DNA from: Octopus bimaculoides
Taxonomy: Eukaryota
Assembly: GCF_001194135.2 (NCBI RefSeq)
Contig: NC_068993.1
Span: 35,750,086 to 35,814,085 of the forward strand
DNA length: 64,000 bases
Direction of reading: 5' to 3'
Part shown: positions 53,788 through 64,000 of the stretch, piece by piece
Layout: the number at the start of each line of letters is the position of its first letter
How positions within the stretch are numbered: position 1 is the first letter of the stretch
The notes under the pieces: model-generated
The model's database searches: none
The model's input: only the letters and a program-made list of their open reading frames with translations
Told to the model about the DNA's origin: nothing
Translations under genes and position numbers: made by a program

Positions 53788-55384
53788 GCAAAGAAAATTT
53801 TGGTAAAAATTTGCCCTTAAAATAGGTAATTTGATCTAGTTGTGATGGTAATTTATTATAACATACGAATATTATAACTAGATTTCTGTTCTAAATACAT
53901 GGTAGTATTTCTGCTTCTATATAGATATCTAGGTATGCATAGATGTATGCATGTATGTATATAACATACAATTGTACATTATCATATATACATCTTTAAC
54001 TTGCTATGGTAATGTTACTGAGTAATTAAACATATGTACTGAAACGTACACCTGCACGTTATTTAACGGAAAGCAATTTTAAATGTAAAATAATTTTTAA
54101 TTAAACTTATATTTAATTATTGTTGCACACATATCTAAATTAAATTAGGTACCATGCTACCTGCTTAACCTTATTTATAACGATTTCTAATATTTAACAA
54201 TTTCTAATCTTTTAAATAATCGAAAAGTAAAATATAATTTTACTGAAAATTACCAAAGATTTATATAAATATATATATATATATATACAGTGCTTGTATG
54301 TGTGTATATGTGTTCTAAAAACCACCTTTATATCTTAAGGAAACCCCTGAAGTCTGTCTAAATACTTTGTAGGAGAAGCCTCATATACGAGCAGATTTTT
54401 TTAACATAATCTATTTTGCAACAATATCAATTAAGACAGTAATTCTAACTTATCTGTTTTTTTTTTTTTTGCTTTATTGTGATTATTACTTATAGTTGTT
54501 GTAGTGCTAAATTCGAGTTATGATACCCAATACTACCGATTCTGCCCTCACAGTCGCGTGAGTTACCTGTTTACTATAAGAACATTTTAAGTATACAGGT
54601 GAATACTTAGAAGAACAAATTTGAATAAATATAAACTAGAAGCTTACGTACTTACTTCTCAACTAGCACCTTATTGAAAAATAATAAAATGATAAACATC
54701 ATGCATATTTATGGTTATACATACAAACATATGTATATGTGCGTGTGTGTGTGCGTGCGTGTGTGTGTGCGTGCGTGTGTGTGTGTGTGTGAGTGTGTGT
54801 ATGTAGTTACCTCTGTGACTGTGTCAGCGTGTGTCCGTGAGTGTGTGTGTGTATGCGTGTGTGCGATGTGTTAGATCACATACATTTGTACTTATGTATG
54901 AACGTAGATGCGCGTATTTTGAAATCCGTATTAGTTAATTGGTGTCATTTAAATAATCCAAGCGATGTATTCCAAGATTCGAGCGATGATTAAAACCAAA
55001 ATCCACACGTGTAGTAATCCGTAACTATGATGAATTCAGGGTAAATCCTTTGGTCAGTGTTCATGTCAGGGTTACTTTTAATCCCTTTAATAATAATAAT
55101 AATAATAATAATGTATGCTTATATTCCCGAAAGTAATTCGAAATTGGCAACGTTTTTTGTTATAAGTGAAGAAACTGTTGTTGATATTGTTGCTGGTGCA
55201 TGGTTGTTTTTGTAATCGTTTTGGCTACCTTTTTTTGCTTTTTTATTCTTTGTTTTGTTAGGGGTTTTTTTTAATGTTTTTTCCCCTTACCTTTGGCAAC
55301 TTTATACAAAAAATTCTAACATGTTTTGCTTTCTGTTACGAAGAAAATATATTAAAAAAATATCAGAAAACATAACAGACACAC

Positions 55385-55474
<90 letters not shown>

Positions 55475-58400
55475 CCTATCAGTGTTGGTGGTTGTATCTA
55501 TTTAAAAAAAAAAACTTGACTTAATATTGCCTTTTGTTCTTGCTTTTCTTTTTTTCTTTTAGTCTCCTTCTCTCCCTCTCTCTTTCTCTCACTCTCACTC
55601 CTTACCTCCTTCTCCCTCTTCCTCTCACAGTTTCATTCTCACTCCCCCCTTTTATTTCATAATACCATTTAGCGGGGTGGCGGACGGGGGTAGTTATTTG
55701 TTTTGGTTGTTTTTTATTTTTAAGAGTATATTTATGGGCATATATTTATATTTGGCATATATTAGTATATAAATATATAGTCTATGGTGGTAAAATGGAA
55801 AATAGTTTATAATATATCAATGAATATATTTATTATTTTAGCTATTTTTTCTTGTTCTACATTATGTTGATACGCGTCAGTGTTTGCGTGTTGATTCTAG
55901 ACTATACCGTTATTGTTGTTGTTGTTGTATATGTGTATATATATATTTATTTACATATACATATTCTACATAATAGTGGTGTGTATACAGAGCGACATAC
56001 CGTTCAAATTATAGACGGTTTCTTTTTTTTTCTTTCTAATTTTCTTGTATATATCCATCGTTTGACCGGGTCGTCTAAGAAAGTGATGATAACGACCACA
56101 TTTAACAATAGATGATAAACGAAACTAGTTCGGACCACAAGCTTCACAATTCTTCCGACAACCTGTCTTACTTCCAAATCATAATTAACCAACTTCGATG
56201 TCTTGTTATTAACTTCTATATTTCCAAAGTGTGGCATCACCACAAAGACTGTAACATCTCCAACAATAACACTTTCTTTCTTTCTTCCTAATTGCTGTTA
56301 TCTTGCTGTGTGTGTGTTTTTTTTTTGTTTTTTGTTTTGTTTTGTTTTTAATTCTGTCAAGAGCTTTGTGTCTGAGACTGACACGAAACAGACTCTTCAA
56401 CGCCGTGACAAACTAGTTTCTTTTACATTTTCATAGACACTTGTTGTTGTTGATGATGTTGTTGTATGCAGTTGCTTCCTTTAACAAACAAGTCTTCTTC
56501 ACATGCCACTGCACAGAGGTCTTGTGGTTAAAACGATGAAAACCTAACAATGACTTACATTTCTGTGCGGCTGCTTTACCAGTACTTCTCCTTGTTGTTG
56601 CTATCGTAGCTGTAGTTGTAATTCTTCACCATTGCTACAAATGCCGTTGTTGTTGTTGTCAATACAGTTGTTTGCATTTTGTAATTGTTGTTGTTGTTGT
56701 TACTACTATTATTGTTGTTGTTGTTGTTACTACTATTATTGTTGTTTATCATTACTTACTTTCACCTTTAATGTGTTTTAATGATACCTGCGATAAATCG
56801 ATATNNNNNNNNNNNNNNNNNNNNNNNNNNNNNNNNNNNNNNNNNNNNNNNNNNNNNNNNNATATATATATATATATATATTTATATGTATATATATGTA
56901 TATATATATATATATATATGATGTCTTTGTTTGTTATTGTATGCTGTTTTTTTTTCTCTTTTGTTTCCAAATTACGATTATTTTTTTCAGATTTTTCCTT
57001 CCGAATTATTTTGTTTTCTTTATGCTTTTTTTTTTCAACGTCTTTCCAGTGGAATTTTTTTCTTCCTTTCTTTTTTTCCCCACTTAATCCAAAATCCTTT
57101 CTTACGCGACTGGAATAAATAAATATACAACAGACTTACTGTCCATACATCTGAACAGTCATCAACAATTTGCTTCTGATTCTACGCATACAATACCAAG
57201 GTATATGCAACTGTGAGAATGAATTAAACACAGATTCTTAAGTCAACTACATTACATCTACAGCTGAAAACACGAGTTTTTTTCCTCCTCTTTTCCCTCT
57301 TTTCTTTCTCCTTCCTCTCCTTTCCTATCTCCCTTTTGCTTGTTTTTTTTTTATATTTCAATTTTGATAATTTTCTTTTATATGTTTTATTTACATTAAT
57401 TATTTTCGTCTTTATATCATTCTTTTCCCTTATCTCTTTGCGTTTATTTTTCAGTAATTTCATCACAATTAAGAATTTTCAATAATTGTTTGTTTCTTAA
57501 TTCATTATTTAAATATATATTCTTTTAAACAAAATCAAATGCAGTGTAATTAAACCCAAATACAATTTACTTATATTCTTGTAAATAATTTTGTATGTGT
57601 GTGTGTGCACAAATATGTACATGTATATATAGACATAGATATATGCGTCTATTTATGTGTTTATGAGTGATGTATGTGCGTGTATGTTACTTTGCTCTCC
57701 GATTCCACAAGGTTTACGATAAAAGAGAGAGTATAAGCAGTGAGGAATAGAAAGATATAAAAGAAGACATAAAGCAGCGACAGACAGGCAGGCAAGAAGA
57801 CAAACAGAGACAGCAGAGAAAGGAAGTGCAACAAATGAAACAAAAATAAACAACTGAAACAAAATCTGAGAAAGAACTAAAGACCGAAGAAAAAGAGAGA
57901 AGACGTAGAGGAAGAAAGAAAAAAGAAGTGGGCAATGTAATTAGATTTCTTCAAATAAGAATACAGTGGAATAATCGAAGGTATTGCCAATTTCGACCTT
58001 GCCATATTACTGAGAATTGTGAAGCGTCATCTTCCGCCGACGAAGACTTACAAAATTTTTCCGTGTTAGTTAATCCCAGCTGACCGAATTTAATGTGCTT
58101 GTGTAGTTCCATTATTTCAAGAGCAGGCTGAAGGTTCTTCAACAGACCCTCATGTGTATTTGCACTTGCACTTACATACAAACTTGATGATGGGGGCATC
58201 GTTCCGCATAGATGAACTGCAATGTTCGTAATATCACCGCTTTTTGACATAGAAAACAACTAGTTGTACGCGGAGCTTAAAAATGCAGCCGCTACTTAAA
58301 AGCAGTGTAAAGACGCGCACACACTTACACACTCACGTAAACATAGACACACACTAACGCTCGTACACAGACAGACACACTGTGTGGATGATAGTCAACG

Positions 58401-58561
58401 CAGATTTCGTCGCAACATCGAAACAGGTTGTAATATGTGTGTGTGCAATGGTGTATAGATGTGGTGGTGCGCTAGTGCCTACTAATGAGGATGTTGGAAT
58501 GCGTGTGTGTAATGTAATGTACGAAAAATTGCGTGTAGATGACTAGAAATATAGAGAAGGT

Positions 58562-58616
<55 letters not shown>

Positions 58617-58791
58617 TTGCGTGTATATGAATATAAACAATTATATGTATATATATATATACATATACATACAATGACACGACTATCTAAAAGATAAACA
58701 GATAGATATAACAGAGGAGATACAGAAAGTAAAAGAAAGGAAGGACAGAAGAAAGAAAGAAAGAAAATGTGCTTGTATATGGACGTATACT

Positions 58792-58827
<36 letters not shown>

Positions 58828-59959
58828 TTGAAGCAGGTAAAGGAGAAATAGTGAAAATAGGGGAGAGAGAAAAACAGGAGAGAAAGAGATAGAGAAAGGT
58901 GTATACGCAAACGTACAAAACTAAGTAGATTCTCTTGGCTTTTTTCTTTTACTATTTAGCTGTTGCTACTACAGTCTTGTCACACACACACACACACAGG
59001 CACAAACACACTCTAACACACACATTTGCAGACGCACAAACACATATCTAAATACAAACACACACACACACACACACACATACACGACTAAACCCACTTT
59101 CTGTATATTTGTCTTTCTATTTCTCACTTTATATTCAACGATATTTCTTTCTTCAGTCTCTCTCTCTCTCTCTCTTTCTCTGTCATCCCTATTTCGCTCT
59201 TTTCCCATCTCTCTCTCTCTCACTCCCACTTTCTCTCTCTTTCTCCTCTCCTTCCTTACCCATTATTTTCTATTTATCTCTCTTTCTCTCTCTTTCTCTC
59301 ACTCGGCGCCATACAGTCTCTCAGATTTTTTCTCCCACTTCTTTCTCTCTCTCTCTTAAAATGTCTATTACTTTCACTTTCTATTTGTGCGTGTGCGCCT
59401 ATGTGCATGTTAACGTGAGCCCGTACTTATGTAAATTTTCTATATGTGCCTGTGCGCTTATGCGTATATATACATGCGTGCATGAATATGCGCGTGCGCT
59501 TACATACATGGATACGTATTCGCCTATATGCATGATGTGTGTGTGTGTGTGTGTGTGTGTTTATGGGTATAAATACGTGTGCACTTACGTGCATGGATGT
59601 GTGTACGCAAAGTACGCGACTGCTACGTTTGCCTGTTTCGAGTGCATAGGAGATTATATGTATTTTACTTGCGCGTGTGACGACGACTGGATATGAATGA
59701 GAATATGCACCTGCTTGTGCGTGTGTGTGTGGTGTGTGTGCGCGTGTGCGTGCGTGTTCGAGGCAGACAGACAGACAGACAGACAGATAGAGACAGAGAG
59801 AAAGAGTTTTCGTTATTGGTAAATATTGTTTACCCACAGAGCCACGCGTAGCTATAGTTGCCGCTACTTCAGCTCTTCGTCCTGGCGTTGTTTGATGTTA
59901 CTATCGTTATCACCATCATCGTCTGCAGCATCATCTCCATCAATATTATTATCATTATC

Positions 59960-60295
59960 GATATTAAGCACTGGGGTTAATGAAATCGACCAACCTTCTT
60001 CCGCAAAATTCCAGGTTTTGTGCCTATAGTAGAAATAATCGTTACCATTGCGGCGTCGAGCTAAAAGGATCGTTAGCATGCTGGACGAAATGCTTAGCAG
60101 TATTTCACCTATCAACTTATCTGAGTTCAAATTCCACCGAGGTCGACTTTGCCCTTCATCCTTTCGGGGTCGATAAATTAAGTGCCAGTCAAATACTGGG
60201 ATCGATGTAATCGACTATCCCCCTCCCCAGAAATTCCAGGCCTTTTGCCTATAGTAGAAAGGATTATTATTATTATTATCATTATTATTGTTATA

Positions 60296-60339
<44 letters not shown>

Positions 60340-61295
60340 CGTCATCATCATCATCATCATCATTATTATTATTATTATTATCATTATTATTATTATTAAG
60401 GCGGCGAACTGGTAGAACCGGTAACGCGCCGAGCAAAATGCGTCTTTACGTTCTGAGTTCAAATTCCGCTGAGGACGACTTTGGCTTTCATCCTTTCGAG
60501 GTCGATGAAATAAGTACCAGTTGAACATGGATCGATCTAATAGACTAGCCCCTCCCCCAAAGTTTGGGCTTTGTGCCTGTAGCAGAAAGGATTATAATTA
60601 TTATTATTATTATTATTCATGTGGCGACAAAATACTTGCCGGCATTTTTAACGCCTGTATATATTGTGAGTTCTGGTCGACTTTGTCTCTCATTCTTACG
60701 AGGTAAAATAAGTACTAGTCAAAATAAGTACTAGTCAAGCAATGAGATCGATGTTATCGACTTGACCCGTCCTCCAAAATTCCAGGCCTTGTGCCTATAA
60801 TTGAAAGGACTATTATAATTATGATTATAATTGTTGTTGTTGTTGTTGTTGTTTTTAAGGCGACAAGCAGGCAGAATCGTTAGCACGCAGGCAAAATTCT
60901 TAGCAGCATTTCGTCCGTCTTTACGCTCTGTGTTCAAATGCCGGCGGGGCTGAGTTGGCCATTTATCATTTCGTGTTCGATAAAAATAACAACTATGTGA
61001 GCACTGGGGCCGATTTAATCACCCGAAATTGCAGACCTTGTGCCAAAATTTGAAACTAATATTATCAGTAGTATTAGCAGTAGTATTAATGTGGTGAGCT
61101 GGCAGAATCAGCAGCATGTCAACAAAATGCTTAGCGGGTTTTTTCTCATAGATTAGGCTCTAATTTCAAATCTCGCTGCAGTCAGATTTCATCCTTTGTG
61201 GGTTGATAAAATAAATATTCAACCAACAAGTACTGGGATCAATGTAACTGACTAATTTAATCCCTTAAAATCGCAGGTCTTGTTCCAAAATTTGA
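59960..61295 (+). mobile_element. Head-to-tail array of five SINE copies (plus one orphan tail) separated by trinucleotide microsatellites
   Basis: Units start at about 60049, 60398, 60620, 60857 and 61093. Each has a GGCG(A/G)GCTGGCAGAA-like head and a CATCCTTT.G.GGTCGAT body; the first three end in a GCCT(A/G)TAGTAGAAAGGA-type tail, the last two in a GTGCCAAAATTTGAAA-type tail. Spacers are (ATT)n, (ATC)n, (GTT)n and AGT-rich. Confidence 0.85.
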
Positions 61296-61319
61296 AATTT
61301 TAAATACCGCTGTTCTTTT

Positions 61320-61390
61320 GCAGCGGCAGCAGCGGCAGCAGCGGCAGCAGCGGCAGCAGCGGCAGCAGCGGCAGCAGCGGCAGCAGCAGT
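61320..61390. repeat. GC-rich 9-bp tandem repeat (GCAGCGGCA) about 7 times, grading into (AGT)n
   Basis: Seen directly in the sequence. Confidence 0.9.
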
Positions 61391-62566
61391 AGTAGTAGCA
61401 GTAATAGTAGTAGTGTCATCATGAGTTGTCTGCTAGTGCACGACAATCATTATAATATAGAAATCGATGTCCGACACAGAGATGTCTTCCGCTATGGTCT
61501 CACTTGTTCCATCCTACATTGAGACAAGCATGAAACTCACAACTACATCCACTTCTCTTACCTCAGGATGTCGCACAAAATTTAGGAGACTTTAAGTGGT
61601 TACCCGGCCTGAAAGAAGCTACAACCAAATAAACTTCAAATCACATCCTACAGTCTGAAAAAGGAAGAAGAAAGGATATAATGGTTGATAGTCTGCGGAA
61701 TACTATAACTTGGTAAATAGATGGTATCGTTACGGTCTATTGGTCAGTACTGTTATCTTGCTTACTTGGTGCCTTTGTCTGGCTCAATTGGTGGCCGACA
61801 GCAACAACATTTGCAACAATTGAAAGAACAACTGAATTTTTGTTGCACATTTTTAATTTCTTTGTTTTGAGATCAAATCACGGGGAGGTCGATTGGGCCT
61901 TTTGCCCTTCTTCCGGGAATCGATAAAATAAAGTACTTGTCAAGTCATTGTATTCTGTTGTAACTAACCTAAAATGTCTGGCTTAGTTTCTATAACACAA
62001 ATCCATAGCTATTTTGTTGTTTTTGTTTTTGTTTTTGCTCTTTTTCATATGCCGAGCCCGATACGATCGACTATACACTCAACCGCAGAAACTATGTGAT
62101 CCTGTGATTGCCCTGATAGGAATAGCAACGTCGAAGAACCCACCACCACCCAGCAGCAATTCCTTTAAAAGAGATACCTTTGTAAGTGAAGTTGGTAGAC
62201 GGAAAGTTTACGGAAGTCCATTAACTAGATACACAGACAGACAAACGGACAGGTAGCTAGATATATATCGATCTTTGTGTTTGCCTCCCCCTCTTGAAAA
62301 CCGATATTGGTCTGTTGACGTCCCCGTAACATAGCAGTTCGGCCGAAAGCTCGGCTAACTTAAGTACCGGACTTTAAAAAGTACAGAGATCATTTTCTTT
62401 TGACTACACTTTTCAATGCGATGCCCCACGATAGCGGCAGTCTAATGAGTGAAACAAGTACAAATTTTCTTTTTAAATAAATAGTGTCAAAATACGCTGA
62501 ATGTGAAAGGCTGTTTTTATTGAGACGTGTTTTTAGACAACACTCATGCACACACTGCTTATAATA

Positions 62567-62887
62567 TAGGTTCAACAATATTTTTTGTTTATCAATGGTA
62601 AAAGTTTAAAATTAGAAAAACATCTTTAAAAGTTTCAATGTTGATAAATGAGCATGTTCAATACAGATGCTATGAACATTCAAATTTACACCTGTCTTGA
62701 ACATGTTAATTTATCAACATTGAAACATTTTACTTTGTCAACATTGAGGCATTTTAATTCGTCAACATTGAAGCATTTTAGTTTGTCAACATTGAAACAT
62801 TTTGATTTGTCAACATTGAAACTTTTAAAGATGTTTTTCTAATTTTACACTTTTACCATTGATAAACAAAAAATATTGTTGAAACTA
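62567..62887. mobile_element. Foldback/MITE-like element with ~80-bp TIRs and an internal 24-bp tandem repeat (about 5 copies)
   Basis: TAGGTTCAACAATATTTTTTGTTTATCAATGGTAAAAG... is mirrored at the right end. The unit TGTCAACATTGAAACATTTTANTT repeats across 62712-62828. Superfamily not assigned. Confidence 0.8.
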
Positions 62888-63514
62888 GTTTGGTATATGT
62901 GTAAATATATAAACATTTACGAGTTTTTGAAATTCAGGTGCATTTTCAGCAACACATTTTCCTATACTTTTTCCTGCATGGAAACACCACCCGCTCTTTT
63001 CTTATACATATATATATTTATATATATAAGTACGTACTCGCGCGTGCGCATGGAGGCAAACACCCAATCAGGGAATTCACAATTATTTGTAATTTGTCAA
63101 AGTACTCATTACAAGTGATAACAGAATTATCAAGCAGAATGGAATCCAAAATGCAGATTTATTCAGGAATCCATACAGATATAAATCAGTTTCCAAGACC
63201 GATGCTGATAATCAAAATAGGATTAATTTTATGGGATTTTCTTCTCCACATAATACTGAATAATCTGTTAGACGCATCAAACTTGCTGATTGGCTATTCA
63301 ATAACAATTTCGCGATTAACTATAAATTTAGAAATTAACTGGTTTATGAAAATTTTACCTCTGGCTTCTGGACATTAATCAATAAGTGTAAAAATTGTTG
63401 TTATTCATCATAGCTGATATATTACAGAAGACTCAAATACATATACGTGTATTTAAGATAGAAACATATATATGTGTATTCAAAGTTATATATATCAAAA
63501 TTATACGTATATAT

Positions 63515-63916
63515 CTTTTATTTTTTATTTCTTTCAGTCATTAGACTGCGGCCATTCTGGGCCACTGCCTTGAAGAATTTTTTGTGGAATGTACTGAGCC
63601 CAGTACATTCATTTTTTAACGCCTGATACTCATTCAATCGATCTCAGATGCTGAAGAGTTACGTTAGAGGAACGTAAACAAACCAGCAGCGATAGTCAAG
63701 CAGTAATGTGGTACAAACACAAACACACACAAACACACATGTATATATACATAAGTATATGACGGAATTCTTTCAGTTTCCACCTACCAAATTCACTCAC
63801 AAAGCTTTGATCGGACGGAGGCTATAGTGGAAGAAACTTGCCTAAGATGTCATGCAGTGGGACTCAACCCGGAGTCATGTGGTTGACAAGCATGATTCTT
63901 ACCACACAGCCATTCC
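63515..63916 (-). mobile_element. CORE-type SINE, same family; partial copies also at ~2172-2325, ~7690-7858 and ~23375-23497
   Basis: Colinear with the copies at 21270-21699 and 45960-46372. Confidence 0.8.
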
Positions 63917-63965
63917 TTTGACACATGTATCTATATTTATATCTGTATATATATACAAATGTATG

Positions 63966-64000
<35 letters not shown>

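Noticed and set aside
61320-61390. Poly-Ala/Gln-like GCAGCGGCA repeat
   Set aside because: It is not inside any ORF of 60 aa or more, is flanked by SINEs, and grades into (AGT)n.
62712-62828. Regularly spaced 24-bp repeats resembling a CRISPR array
   Set aside because: The units are contiguous with no unique spacers, there are no cas genes, the context is eukaryotic, and they form part of a TIR element.

Overview
AT-rich animal genomic DNA, not prokaryotic. It is very dense in microsatellites and tRNA-derived SINEs and has 15 N-gaps (~6 kb in total, nearly all flanked by simple repeats). The repeat landscape suggests a coleoid cephalopod, probably Octopus; this is an inference from sequence style only. 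The one convincing host coding sequence is a minus-strand first coding exon (53133..52741, 131 codons). It has a signal peptide, a periplasmic-binding-protein-like N-terminal domain most similar to ionotropic glutamate receptor (NMDA-like) amino-terminal domains, and a canonical AAG|GTAAGT phase-0 donor. No second exon is recognisable, so bases 1..52740 are probably one very large intron. That interval holds decayed transposons: RTE and R4/Dong-like LINEs, a mariner, a near full-length DD41D Tc1/mariner, a Buster/Charlie hAT deletion derivative, piggyBac-like and Tigger-like MITEs, and many SINEs. The most notable structures are (i) a ~340-bp palindrome at 49481-49827 with a minimal type-I hammerhead ribozyme motif in each arm, of the kind associated with Penelope-like elements, and (ii) a 209-bp, ~98% identical inverted duplication at 41773-42289 inside an otherwise heavily decayed LINE. 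Nearly all other ORFs in the supplied track are microsatellite or N-gap artefacts. I see no clear evidence of a wholly new biological system; the findings are candidate RNA structures and mobile-element architectures.
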